Shown here in pieces: positions 36,821 to 47,071 of a DNA stretch of 64,000 nucleotides. Both the position numbers and the translations under genes were made by a program. The DNA comes from a virus, in IMG/VR virus record IMGVR_UViG_3300011113_000675, positions 78,444 through 142,443 of that record. The stretch is one strand, 5' to 3'. Each line of letters opens with the position of its first letter. Within the stretch, counting starts at the first letter, position 1. The notes under the pieces were generated by a model, which was not told where the DNA came from, ran no database searches, and was given only the letters and a program-made list of their open reading frames with translations.

Positions 36821-37216
36821 TTAAGGAAACTCTGCGTTGAGTTTATCAACACTCGAGGTACATTCACATTGGGTTATGTTGAATACTTTATTCCCATCAG
36901 TTCTTTTGGCATACCAATCATTTTCAATCTTTATGTATCTCCATCTTGTATCACCTGGATATTGTTTGAGATTAGCCTCATCTTCGAATTTCTGAGTTAT
37001 GTTTGTATCAGTTACTGGTGGACATGGTTTTACTCTACATCCACTTGAGGAAGTCGTTGTTGCCTCAGATGGGTATGAGCCTATATTATTGGCCTCAAAA
37101 AAAGATGCACTCACTTCACCTTCAGTTTCAGTTGCAGTACTTTGCTCTAACATCAACTTTTTGTGTAAGTTAATTATTCTAACTTTTTCTTCTTCGGATA
37201 CTATAAACTTTTTCAT
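36821..37216 (-). CDS. Leader-bearing hypothetical protein
   Basis: MKKFIVSEEEKVRIINLHKKLMLEQ. Confidence 0.75.
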   Translation of the reverse strand: MKKFIVSEEEKVRIINLHKKLMLEQSTATETEGEVSASFFEANNIGSYPSEATTTSSSGCRVKPCPPVTDTNITQKFEDEANLKQYPGDTRWRYIKIENDWYAKRTDGNKVFNITQCECTSSVDKLNAEFP

Positions 37217-37917
37217 TAAATTAAATTATTATCTTTTTGATACTGAACCAATTTATCTTTTGTTTTATTTCCAAATATACCATCGGTAACTAATTTAGTA
37301 CCTGTACCTTTTTCATTCAAGAAATGTTGAAGCTGGACCACTTTGGGTCCCCGACTATCAAATTTTAAAGGAAAATCAGATGTGTCTGTTTCATCAGACG
37401 TATCAGAATCCGAATCACCAGTTTGACTTGAGTATGTTTCTCCACCGTCTTTTTTTATAGTAAAATTCGAATCTCCATCACATGCCCACTCCCCTCTTTC
37501 GGCGAAAACAAGGTTCTTCATATTGACCCATCTTAGCTTGTTATCTGAGTTAGGTTTATAAAATATCCATATTTCTGTTGGAGAAATTCTAATACCTTTC
37601 GAATCATCCCAATTTATGATTTCAACTCCTTTTTCTCTGAAATGATTCAGGATACAATTGAAATTGAAGACCCAAGCAAATGATTTAGACGAAAACGTAT
37701 AATCTCCAGAGGTGACAAAATAATTGTCATTTCCATCACATTCCCATGTTCCAGTGTCTAAAATTTCCATATTTTTTGTATGGGTCCATTTTCCATCATC
37801 ATAGAATTCCCATGATTCTGATCTGCCAATATAATGCAAAATATATGAATCATATTCCCTCCAGGTATATGTTCTTGCATCAGCAGCTTTCTTAACACAT
37901 TCTCTATTTCTACTCAT
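37216..37917 (-). CDS. Protein with two GxWxCDG repeats and C-terminal peptidoglycan-binding domain
   Basis: GTWECDGNDN, GEWACDGDSN; GPKVVQLQHFL...DGIFGNKT. Confidence 0.75.
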   Translation of the reverse strand: MSRNRECVKKAADARTYTWREYDSYILHYIGRSESWEFYDDGKWTHTKNMEILDTGTWECDGNDNYFVTSGDYTFSSKSFAWVFNFNCILNHFREKGVEIINWDDSKGIRISPTEIWIFYKPNSDNKLRWVNMKNLVFAERGEWACDGDSNFTIKKDGGETYSSQTGDSDSDTSDETDTSDFPLKFDSRGPKVVQLQHFLNEKGTGTKLVTDGIFGNKTKDKLVQYQKDNNLI

Positions 37918-37918
37918 A

Positions 37919-39652
37919 TTATTGTCGATTTCTACCAGATTGTTGATTTCTACCAGGTCTAGCCGGAGGTGGTGTTGGTCCTTGTCTTGGTGTAGTGTCT
38001 ACTCCTTGTACATCAGTTGGTGTTAGTACTCTCGTTAAAGAATCAAGTCTTTGTCGATCGAGTTGATTAGCTCTCATTGCGGAATCCAACCTTGCCTGAC
38101 TCACATCTGCTAAAGAATCTAATTCTCGTTGATATCGTACCGCTTCAGCTCCAGCGTTTTGAGCCGCCTCGATTGACAAATCTCGTATACCTCCTTGCGT
38201 GACCCAATAATCCGTTTCATCAATCAATTTTTGCCAAATATTTGTAAATGGGTTCAATGCTTTAAGTACATCCACCACGGGGATTGGTAATTCTTTCCCG
38301 TGTATTTTAATAAATTCATCAGTATATATACCCATCGCTTTCTTGAATTCTTCGAACATGAAATATTTTACTGCTTCGGTGGTCTCTTCAAACGGTATTT
38401 CTTGAGTGATAAGACTATTTTTAATGTATTCCCATAACCCGAAGAAAACTGGCCAAACAATTTTAGCAACTCCTTGGAAATATAAATATAAGTACCAAGC
38501 CCCTTTTGGTACTCCATATCTTAGTAAGAAACTTTTATAAATTGCCGAAATGTTAGTTGCATATCCTATAGTTATTCCTGAAAATATTCTTTGTAAGAGT
38601 TTTGCCCAGCCTGTAGTAATTCCTACTAATTTATCCTTTGTCATATTAACAAAAGGAACCCATTGGAAAGCATCACTTATTTCTTGGATTAACTGATTAT
38701 CATCTAACACACTCTTGAAATATGATTCAGCATTCTTGCCAAGTGCCTCATTTGCTTTTAGAGCTTGAACTATGTCCAACCCTTTATCTGTACCTGTAGC
38801 CTTATTTACTTCACGTTGAATTAAATTATAAATTTCTTGTTTAACTAAATCTTCGTTTTTCCTAAGTGCTTCGATTTCTGTATCAATTAATCGATATAAT
38901 TCTGCTGGTGATTCTGCTTCATTTATCAATTTATCAGCAGCTTCTTTGAGATAACCCACAATTCTCTCCATACTTTGAGCCCTTTGACCCTTGAACCTAT
39001 TCAATAGATTGGTAATAGTGTATTTCAACTTAGCTCTAAATCCTCTGAACGCGCCGAGTCCCATGAGTTTTTTATCCACAATACTCAAAACACCTGGTGC
39101 AATTTCATCCCATTTTTTGAAAGTATCTCGTAAATCTTTCATCAGTTTATCGTCTGGAACATTTTTGGGTGGTGGGGTGATTGGATTCCTTGGTACTCCA
39201 TCCAAAACATCTTTGATTTGTTTCTTAATAATTTTGTCTATTCCAGGCCATTGCTCGAAAAGACCCTCGAGGGCTCGCAACTGACTATCAATTATTTCAT
39301 CATCTATTCTTAGATTATTTTTTTTGAAATCCGTTAGACGGTTTGTTACAGCTGTAATCTCGGCTTGATAACTATCATCCAAAACCCCAAATATTCTTGG
39401 AATAATCTCGTCGGCAAACCTTTTTTCCAAGGTTACTAATTCGGATAAAACCTCAACTGCTTCCACATCAGTTTTTGCGTTTCGTAAACGTAAAAATTCA
39501 TCAGAGTGCTTTGCGAAAAGTTCCGCCAATTCATCACCCAAACTCAAAAGTACGTCGGCAATCGCTTTGTATCGAGATTCAGTAAGTAATTGAACTTCCA
39601 TTAAAACTCTCATTCTTGAGATTTCTTCATTTAACGTTTTTCTATTTTTCAT
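37919..39652 (-). CDS. Large leader-bearing helical protein with hydrophobic segments
   Basis: MKNRKTLNEEISRMRVLMEVQLLTES. Confidence 0.75.
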   Translation of the reverse strand: MKNRKTLNEEISRMRVLMEVQLLTESRYKAIADVLLSLGDELAELFAKHSDEFLRLRNAKTDVEAVEVLSELVTLEKRFADEIIPRIFGVLDDSYQAEITAVTNRLTDFKKNNLRIDDEIIDSQLRALEGLFEQWPGIDKIIKKQIKDVLDGVPRNPITPPPKNVPDDKLMKDLRDTFKKWDEIAPGVLSIVDKKLMGLGAFRGFRAKLKYTITNLLNRFKGQRAQSMERIVGYLKEAADKLINEAESPAELYRLIDTEIEALRKNEDLVKQEIYNLIQREVNKATGTDKGLDIVQALKANEALGKNAESYFKSVLDDNQLIQEISDAFQWVPFVNMTKDKLVGITTGWAKLLQRIFSGITIGYATNISAIYKSFLLRYGVPKGAWYLYLYFQGVAKIVWPVFFGLWEYIKNSLITQEIPFEETTEAVKYFMFEEFKKAMGIYTDEFIKIHGKELPIPVVDVLKALNPFTNIWQKLIDETDYWVTQGGIRDLSIEAAQNAGAEAVRYQRELDSLADVSQARLDSAMRANQLDRQRLDSLTRVLTPTDVQGVDTTPRQGPTPPPARPGRNQQSGRNRQ

Positions 39653-40937
39653 TTCCTTGTTTTTTTTCGTCAGATTTCATTTTTAATAGTTCCAACGTTT
39701 TGGAATCAACTATACCAGTTTCTTCCAATTCATTATTCCATTGAAACAATATAACTGCGTCAAAAGTATTATTACCGAAATCTCCATCGACACCTTTTTT
39801 CTCTGTATTATATCCTTTCAAAGTCAATCCATACTCCAAACTATCCAACATCTCTTGTACTTTTCTTACAGATTCTCCTTTTTGTCCGAATTCAATAACA
39901 TATGGTTTTTTTGTTTTTGGGTCAATTTTTCCTGCCAACACATCCTGAATCGGTGGTGATATCATTTGATTTTCAGATTTTATCTTTTCCTCTAATCCTC
40001 TCATGGTTTCCTGATGTTCTTGTTCCAGTCGTGCTGACTCTGTGCAATCAACTTGTTTTAATAAATTAGGATTATCCTTGAACATTTGTTCGTGTTTCTT
40101 AAAATAGTCTCCTACTTCTTTTACAATACGTTCTTTAATCTTGGGATCTTTGAGAAACTGTACCAATTGATAAAAAGATGAATCCTGACGTAGTTTCATT
40201 TTTTCTTCATCGGTTCCATAAAGGGCTAAATAAACTTCATCATATGTGTAGTAAATCCCTCCAATTGTAAAACCGAGCTTACCAAGACTCCAACTCATTT
40301 TTGTCAACAATAACACTGTCCCAAATAATAATTTACCACCAGTTTGTAGTATATTCGCAACGACTTGAGTGACGAAATATTTTTGTGTCAGATTTGCAAT
40401 TTTCTGAGAATGTTGGGTAAGTTCTGACATTAATTCATCGGCTTGTTTTACTATTGCCTTTTCTGCGTCGGTCAATGTTTTCCTTTTAGCAAGTTCCCTA
40501 CCCTTTTTGATGGTATCAAGGACCTGTTTTTTTCCTCTAGCCATGCTTCTTGAAACTCTTGGGCTCATGAGAGCAAATTCTGATGCAGGAATCAAACAAA
40601 AAGATAAAACCAATCCCGCCATGTAGTCGTCATCTTCATATAAATAAAGCCCTCCATCAGCAAGACACGCTGCGGTTGAAACTCCCAAAAGAACTCCAGA
40701 TGCTGGTGATGGAATTAATCCTAAGAGACCTGCTGCAACGTCGACAAAAGTCAACCAATCATGTGCATCCCATGTTCTCATCCACTGTGGTGTTTTCGTG
40801 ACTAACAATCCACCTGGAGAGAGCCCCCAGGCGCTTATGTTATTAAGTCCGATTTGCTCGTTGAGAACATTAACTCCCATCAAACTTTGAATTCGTTCTA
40901 TTTCAGATTCATAAAGATATTTACCTCCTTGGTTCAC
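39642..40937 (-). CDS. Leader-bearing protein with hydrophobic helices and C-terminal peptidoglycan-binding domain
   Basis: EIERIQSLMGVNVLNEQ; GESVRKVQEML...DGDFGNNT...TGIVDSKT; GTG start after TATTTAT. Confidence 0.75.
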   Translation of the reverse strand: MNQGGKYLYESEIERIQSLMGVNVLNEQIGLNNISAWGLSPGGLLVTKTPQWMRTWDAHDWLTFVDVAAGLLGLIPSPASGVLLGVSTAACLADGGLYLYEDDDYMAGLVLSFCLIPASEFALMSPRVSRSMARGKKQVLDTIKKGRELAKRKTLTDAEKAIVKQADELMSELTQHSQKIANLTQKYFVTQVVANILQTGGKLLFGTVLLLTKMSWSLGKLGFTIGGIYYTYDEVYLALYGTDEEKMKLRQDSSFYQLVQFLKDPKIKERIVKEVGDYFKKHEQMFKDNPNLLKQVDCTESARLEQEHQETMRGLEEKIKSENQMISPPIQDVLAGKIDPKTKKPYVIEFGQKGESVRKVQEMLDSLEYGLTLKGYNTEKKGVDGDFGNNTFDAVILFQWNNELEETGIVDSKTLELLKMKSDEKKQGNEK

Positions 40938-40998
40938 AATTAAATCTTTTTTATATAAATATATTGGTAATATCAATTATTTTGTATACTTTTGTTTC

Positions 40999-41253
40999 AT
41001 GATAAATTGGAACATTGGATCGAAAATAAAGTCTCTCGCAAAAAAAACAATTCACGTTATTGAGTCGATTGAGACTGTTGAAGGAAAAACTGTGATTTTC
41101 ACTGAAGACACAAAATGTTTTCCAGCTGAAGATGTTAAAGAACATTACGACTCGTTCGTAGCAGAATACTTTATGAAAGTGTTTTCAGGACAGGAACCCA
41201 CCATCGAAGATCGAGAAAAGATGAAAAAAATATTCAGGGCAAAAAAACAGTGA
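40999..41253 (+). CDS. Hypothetical protein
   Basis: TACTTTTG box upstream. Confidence 0.6.
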   Translation: MINWNIGSKIKSLAKKTIHVIESIETVEGKTVIFTEDTKCFPAEDVKEHYDSFVAEYFMKVFSGQEPTIEDREKMKKIFRAKKQ

Positions 41254-41269
41254 TTTATAATAAGTAATG

Positions 41270-43723
41270 TTATTCCTTCAAATGATTAAACCTGAAGACA
41301 ATGTTTTCCTCTTCAGGTTTATCTGAAAACAACGGACCCAAATATTCTCTGAAGTTGTTTCTCAACTTCATCTCGATTTGTTTTTCAACCTTTTCGGGAG
41401 TAAGGTTTGGTATTTCACCTTTCAAATAGTTTTCCGGTGTTGGAACTTGTTTTCCGTCTATCACTTTCAAAACGTCTTGAATATCCACGTTTACGACGTT
41501 CTTGTCGTCAATGTCTTCAACGGAAGAAATTTTGAACTTGATACTAATTTTCGGTTCCGCACCATAAGACGGAGATTTTGCGGTTGAAACTTTTTGAGAT
41601 ACTAATGAAGGTGCCATATCTCTAAATGCCTTTCGTTTAAGTTCCATAACTTTCTCATGAGTAACACCTCTCTCAATCATTTCCATTTCCTGACGAGACA
41701 ATAGATAAACTTGGGACTCTAAGGTGTCGTTCCATCTATATGGTCGAGACGCATTCATTTGCTTCCCTGTGGAGGAAGAATATCTATCTGAGGTTTCATA
41801 CCACTTACCGTCTTTGTAGATATAAACTGGATACCACCCATAAGACTCGACAATATATATCTTTCCATCCATTGTTGCTCTCCAATATCCTCTTAGGTTT
41901 GAACCCTTAAATGGAAGTTGTGCTTTGGTATAAACCTTGGCATTATAATTTGGAGTACGTTTCCCTTTCATCTTTCTCGGATCGATAAAGTTGTCCTTTG
42001 TCAATGATGAATAATCACCATCTTGTCGATAGTTCAAAAGATATAATTCCAAAATATATGGTGCAAAATCGGGATCGATTCCGAAATAAGGTAAATAATC
42101 CTTGATTGCTGTTTGTAAGTCTCTTTTGTTGTTGTAATTACTTTTTTGGGTATTAAGAATTTTGAATAGCTTGACAATCACCTTATTCGGTTCAATATCA
42201 ATGTTGACCGCCTCATTCATCATATCATCACCACAAGCGGTAAGATAATATTCCATCAAATCATCACCATACCAATTTTGGGCCAAGGGGAAAATTATAT
42301 CGATAAATTTTTCATAACTACCCTCGGGAAAATAATCTTCATTGACAGTGAAAAAATGGTCAATCGCCATAGCGATAATGTTACCGGAATATTCGTATTC
42401 ATCGGCATAGTCTCCACAAAGATCTGGAAATTCCTCCTGTGTCTCAAGAATATATTTCATGAAGGATTCCTTATTAACCCTTCGTTTCAATCTATCCATA
42501 AAGTCAGACTCAGACAATAATTCATGCTGTGATTCAACAATTCTTTGAAGTTGTAATTCTGTCAAAATGTAATCTTTTTTCATTTTCGATTCCGTAACTT
42601 GTATAGGTATTGTGGGTAAATCTGGATTATTCCAACCTAATTTTGGATAATTTGTACTTAAATATATATCATCCATCGGATTTTTAGACAGAGCTTTTTC
42701 AAGTTCAGATGCAATATTTTTTTGGTCATTGAAACTAATTCTTATAAGTTTTATTCCATTCTCCTTACAGAATTTGTTTTTCGCCAAATCGTTCAATACC
42801 CTTTCTTTGTATCCCTCCAAACCTCTGTACCTACCCTCTACAGGAAAAAAATGTTGTCTCCCATCGAATTCTGCGATTACAACGGTTCCATCTTCTTTAA
42901 CGAAATAAGCGTCCGATTTTAATTTATTTCGATTTCCACTTCCTTTAAAACTGTACGCCCCTAATTTTTTTTCTGTATCGACCGTATATCCTGAAACTTT
43001 TAGTGTGTCCACCATAGTGTATTCTCCCTTCCACTTGATATTTCTTTCCTTGTTGCACACAGGACAAGCAAATTTTAAGTGGTTATCAAAGTATGCTACG
43101 GTACCCTTAGGATAAAGATTTACTGGTGTCTCGTGATTAGTACATTTGAAATTTTTTACAAAGAGTCTAGTTTGATTCGATCCTTCACTTCTCGGAACTA
43201 AATAAAAATTTTCTTTTTCGAAACTTAGCGTTGTATCTTGAGGAACCGTACTCATAAACTTTTCTATCTTGGAATCAAGATCTTGTGGATACATTTGATT
43301 AAGCCATTCAGAATAACATTTTTTACATGAGTTTTGTTTTAATTGTTCCAATCTGATTTCACCAACCTCTCCATGAACTACTCCTTCTGAATCTGTTTTT
43401 TCACATATTACTCCATCGATGGTTTTGTGATGCCTCTCATCTTTACCATACGTAACATTATCAAAGTTAAAATCAGGAAATAATTCTTTAAGCTTTTCAG
43501 TAGTCTGTTTGTTGTCCTTATCTTTTAATTCGGACAACATATTTTGCATGGTAAGAGTTTGGTCACCAGTACGATTTCTTCTATTACTAATCCATACTGC
43601 TATATCATTGTATTCGGGACTTTCATAAAAATCCTTCAATGTATTGAATTGAGAAATATATTCTTTAACTGAATCTATATCCCATTTTGATTCTCTACCT
43701 TCCGAAATTACTTCCATACTCAT
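41270..43723 (-). CDS. Multidomain protein: zinc ribbons plus Vsr/DUF559-like endonuclease fused to further modules
   Basis: CxxC pairs; SDAYF...IAEFDGRQHF...NDLAKNKFCKENGIKLIRIS; internal second leader MKKDYILTELQLQRIVES. Confidence 0.75.
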   Translation of the reverse strand: MSMEVISEGRESKWDIDSVKEYISQFNTLKDFYESPEYNDIAVWISNRRNRTGDQTLTMQNMLSELKDKDNKQTTEKLKELFPDFNFDNVTYGKDERHHKTIDGVICEKTDSEGVVHGEVGEIRLEQLKQNSCKKCYSEWLNQMYPQDLDSKIEKFMSTVPQDTTLSFEKENFYLVPRSEGSNQTRLFVKNFKCTNHETPVNLYPKGTVAYFDNHLKFACPVCNKERNIKWKGEYTMVDTLKVSGYTVDTEKKLGAYSFKGSGNRNKLKSDAYFVKEDGTVVIAEFDGRQHFFPVEGRYRGLEGYKERVLNDLAKNKFCKENGIKLIRISFNDQKNIASELEKALSKNPMDDIYLSTNYPKLGWNNPDLPTIPIQVTESKMKKDYILTELQLQRIVESQHELLSESDFMDRLKRRVNKESFMKYILETQEEFPDLCGDYADEYEYSGNIIAMAIDHFFTVNEDYFPEGSYEKFIDIIFPLAQNWYGDDLMEYYLTACGDDMMNEAVNIDIEPNKVIVKLFKILNTQKSNYNNKRDLQTAIKDYLPYFGIDPDFAPYILELYLLNYRQDGDYSSLTKDNFIDPRKMKGKRTPNYNAKVYTKAQLPFKGSNLRGYWRATMDGKIYIVESYGWYPVYIYKDGKWYETSDRYSSSTGKQMNASRPYRWNDTLESQVYLLSRQEMEMIERGVTHEKVMELKRKAFRDMAPSLVSQKVSTAKSPSYGAEPKISIKFKISSVEDIDDKNVVNVDIQDVLKVIDGKQVPTPENYLKGEIPNLTPEKVEKQIEMKLRNNFREYLGPLFSDKPEEENIVFRFNHLKE

Positions 43724-43813
43724 AAATACCCAATAAAAACGAAATCCCTATGATTATAAAATAGAATTGTCATATTGGAAAAAAAACAATATATTTGTTC
43801 AACAACTAATTTT

Positions 43814-44539
43814 ATGAATCCGGGTCTCAAAAAAGTCGTATTTCGAAAACTGAATTTGGATTTATCCAAGGTTGAAATCATTTTGGCTGAAAATCACTCC
43901 ATTTGGTTCATCGACCGTGCAAATAAGTATTGGTACTTTGAATTGGAAAAATCAGGTAAGTTATGGTGGAGATATGAGTTTTTTACCGATTTTTTTATCC
44001 TTTTTTCTCTCAAAATCGATGAATTCCAACCTCTACTCTCTGAATGGGTGGAAGGGATTTTCGATAGTAATGTAAACATGACTCCGCGATCCGGACATAG
44101 ACTTCATAGCACGGTAGAAGGTATCCTCAATCATGGATACAGAAAGGGATCTCGTAAGATAGATGAGGTACTAAATCGTGAGATTAACGAAATTGATGGG
44201 GGAGAGTTATTTAATGATAGTACAGTGGTAAAGGTTCTCAATATTGATATAAACGAAACAATAGGAACCACAATTCGAGAACCAAATCAAATAATCGAGG
44301 TGATGAATCGTGAAGATATACTTAATCATAAGGTCGTTTCAATTTCACATGGGAATGAACTCATTGATATACACAATCAGATTCTTCTTAATGAGTTAGT
44401 ATATGAAGTTGAATCTGCAGATCCTTTGGACACACCAGCACACGATTCGGTGGATGAAGTATTAAAATACAAAGTAACCCGAACCATACCCGACCTTAGT
44501 GAATCACTGACAGAAATCGATATTTTATTGAACCAATAA
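43814..44539 (+). CDS. Hypothetical protein with degenerate VxEVLN repeats
   Basis: N-domain paralogous to 36051-36521; TATATTTG box upstream. Confidence 0.65.
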   Translation: MNPGLKKVVFRKLNLDLSKVEIILAENHSIWFIDRANKYWYFELEKSGKLWWRYEFFTDFFILFSLKIDEFQPLLSEWVEGIFDSNVNMTPRSGHRLHSTVEGILNHGYRKGSRKIDEVLNREINEIDGGELFNDSTVVKVLNIDINETIGTTIREPNQIIEVMNREDILNHKVVSISHGNELIDIHNQILLNELVYEVESADPLDTPAHDSVDEVLKYKVTRTIPDLSESLTEIDILLNQ

Positions 44540-44580
44540 TTTATTATGGAGGTTTAATTTTTTTTTATTATATTTTTTGT

Positions 44581-44964
44581 ATGGAAAAACCGAAAGTTCA
44601 TAATGTAACGGAATGTCCCTCATGTAAAATCCCAAAAGGATGGGGGGAAGAAATTATAATTTGTAATCATGAATTATATTGTGGTAAATTACTTTGTTTC
44701 AAGGAAGGTGCAAAATTCTCAATGCACTACCACATGATTAAAGATGAAACTTGGTATGTTGATGAAGGTCAATTCATTTATAGATGGATTGATACAGAAA
44801 CTGCACAAGTTAATGAACAAATCTTGAATGTCGGAGATGTCGTAAGACAACGACCAGGACAACCACATCAACTCGAAGCTCTTACCAAAGGTGTGGTCTT
44901 CGAAGTATCAACAGAACACTTTGATTCGGATTCATATAGAATTTGGAAAGGAGATACACAATGA
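44581..44964 (+). CDS. Cupin (sugar isomerase-like)
   Basis: KGWGEE, FSMHYHMIKDETWYV, PGQPHQL, EVST. Confidence 0.8.
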   Translation: MEKPKVHNVTECPSCKIPKGWGEEIIICNHELYCGKLLCFKEGAKFSMHYHMIKDETWYVDEGQFIYRWIDTETAQVNEQILNVGDVVRQRPGQPHQLEALTKGVVFEVSTEHFDSDSYRIWKGDTQ

Positions 44965-45362
44965 AGATTTGGTTAAATGGTTGTTTTGATGTCCTACATC
45001 ACGGACATTTCAAATTAATACAACATGCTACCTCATTTGGTGGTCAAGTTATGATTGGAATCGATTCTGATGAACGAGTAAAAAAACTAAAAGGAGAAGG
45101 GAGACCATTTCACTCCGAAAGTGAAAGAGCATTCAATCTTAAACAAATCTCAGGAGTAGATTCCGTAGTGGTGTTTGATTCTGATGAAATGTTAAGAGAA
45201 ATTCTCGAACGTTATAAACCCGATAAATTTATTATAGGCTCAGATTATCTTGGAAAAAAAATAATCGGACAAGAGTTTGCAAAACAAGTTGTAATCTTCA
45301 ACAGACTTGATAAATTTTCAACCACTGAAATACTAAATTATGCAAATAACGATAATAGGTGA
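44961..45362 (+). CDS. HldE/RfaE domain II-like nucleotidyltransferase
   Basis: NGCFDVLHHGH, GIDSD, KGEGRP, GSDY, FSTT. Confidence 0.85.
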   Translation: MKIWLNGCFDVLHHGHFKLIQHATSFGGQVMIGIDSDERVKKLKGEGRPFHSESERAFNLKQISGVDSVVVFDSDEMLREILERYKPDKFIIGSDYLGKKIIGQEFAKQVVIFNRLDKFSTTEILNYANNDNR

Positions 45363-46083
45363 ACTATGCCATGACGTATTCATCTATGGTGATGTGAAAA
45401 GACTATGCCCCGAAGCTCCAGTTCCAATTTTAACAGACATCGTCACAGAATCTAACTTAGGAATGGCCGGAAATGTCAAGGAAAATTTAAAGGCACATGA
45501 TCCTTCACTAAAAATATCATTGATTCACCAAACAAATTCAATTACCAAAACGAGATATATCGATCACAAAACAAATCATATGTTTCTTAGAGTTGACGAA
45601 GGTGAAGATAATATTGATTCATTAATACTTACATCAGAAATAATTGAAGAAATCTCAAAGTCGGATTTAGTAATTGTCAGTGATTACAACAAAGGATTTT
45701 TGAACGACGAAACTTTGATTCAAATTGGTAAGTTATCAAAACTATCCGTAATTGACACCAAAAAAATTATTACCAAAAGACTAATTGAATCATTTACTTT
45801 TATGAAGTTGAATGAACACGAATATCAACGAAACAAGTTCATTTCAGATAAGAACAAAGATAAACTTATAATCACGTTGGGAATGCATGGTGCTAAACAT
45901 GACGACATTGTATATTTATCACCATCTCCAAAACAAACGATTGATGTTAGTGGTGCTGGGGATACATTTACGGCATTTTTTAGTTTGAAATATTATGAAA
46001 CTAAAAATATTTCGGAATCAATAAAATTTGCAAATCAAATGGCGTCTATTGTTGTATCCAAAAGAGGTGTAGCAACTCCGTAA
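45340..46083 (+). CDS. HldE/RfaE domain I-like PfkB sugar kinase
   Basis: RLCPEAPVP, GMAGNV, SDYNKG, DVSGAGDTF. Confidence 0.88.
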   Translation: MQITIIGELCHDVFIYGDVKRLCPEAPVPILTDIVTESNLGMAGNVKENLKAHDPSLKISLIHQTNSITKTRYIDHKTNHMFLRVDEGEDNIDSLILTSEIIEEISKSDLVIVSDYNKGFLNDETLIQIGKLSKLSVIDTKKIITKRLIESFTFMKLNEHEYQRNKFISDKNKDKLIITLGMHGAKHDDIVYLSPSPKQTIDVSGAGDTFTAFFSLKYYETKNISESIKFANQMASIVVSKRGVATP

Positions 46084-46089
46084 GTCAAG

Positions 46090-46419
46090 TTATACACTAA
46101 AACTTTCACCACATCCACATGTTCTTGATGCGTTCGGGTTTCTCCATTCGAATCCCTTACCATTCAACCCATCCTCATAATCTAATTCGGTACCAACCAA
46201 ATACAACAAAGATAATTTATTGATGCAAACTTGAATGGTATCAAGATCGACAATTGTGTCTGTTGGTTCTACCTTATCATCAAACTTCATTTGATAAGAT
46301 AATCCACTACAACCTCCCCCAATTACTCCGACTCTTAACTTATGAGTTTCAGGAGATATACCCTCATTCTCCATTAAAACCATAAGTTGATTTTTTGCTC
46401 GTTCTGATAGTGTAACCAT
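46090..46419 (-). CDS. iscA: IscA/HesB Fe-S cluster carrier
   Basis: GGGCSGLSY, NPNASRTCGCGESF. Confidence 0.92.
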   Translation of the reverse strand: MVTLSERAKNQLMVLMENEGISPETHKLRVGVIGGGCSGLSYQMKFDDKVEPTDTIVDLDTIQVCINKLSLLYLVGTELDYEDGLNGKGFEWRNPNASRTCGCGESFSV

Positions 46420-46428
46420 ATAAAATTA

Positions 46429-46731
46429 TTAAAAAAGACCTAAATCGGAAACTTCTACTCCCGTTAAATCATATACGAGTCTTCTGACTACTTTTCCAGC
46501 TTCCTTATCACTCAGTAAAAATAAGTCCATAATAGAACTGAAAATTCTTTCATCGATGTTGAAGTAATACGCATTCATTTCAGGTGAATAAACTAGCACC
46601 GCGGTTTCTCGTCCATTCTTTTCGAAAATCTCCAATGTTGGAATTTCGGAATTTTTCAATTCCCCTAATTCGTTGAGTAAGTATTTTGTTGCGATTGTCT
46701 CTAATCTTGACTTATTTATCTCATATTTCAT
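46429..46731 (-). CDS. Small leader-bearing paralogue-family protein
   Basis: MKYEINKSRL...LFLL..KE...VV. Confidence 0.65.
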   Translation of the reverse strand: MKYEINKSRLETIATKYLLNELGELKNSEIPTLEIFEKNGRETAVLVYSPEMNAYYFNIDERIFSSIMDLFLLSDKEAGKVVRRLVYDLTGVEVSDLGLF

Positions 46732-47059
46732 CTAAATCTATATGGTTAAAGGTTCCGAAATGCATTACTTTTGGTGGTTCGATACCAAGGTAGTTTGAAA
46801 ACCATTTTCTGATTGATTCCTTTTTTTCTTCATAATCAAGTGAAAACATATTTACTAACGGGTCTGAAATTTTTGCCCTATCGAAGAATACTCTGTCTTC
46901 AGATTCATTACTCATAAACACTATTTCTCCATTTTTGGTGGCAAAAACCCATTGTTTGTAATTTTTTTTACCTGGAACCCAAACTAAATCATTATATGCA
47001 TCATTCAAAAAATATGCCCCCAAGTCAATCAGTCTCGATTCTGTGATTATTACCTTCAT
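46721..47059 (-). CDS. Small leader-bearing paralogue-family protein
   Basis: MKVIITESRL...MFSL...IRKWF. Confidence 0.7.
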   Translation of the reverse strand: MKVIITESRLIDLGAYFLNDAYNDLVWVPGKKNYKQWVFATKNGEIVFMSNESEDRVFFDRAKISDPLVNMFSLDYEEKKESIRKWFSNYLGIEPPKVMHFGTFNHIDLDEI

Positions 47060-47071
47060 AAGTAATAAATA

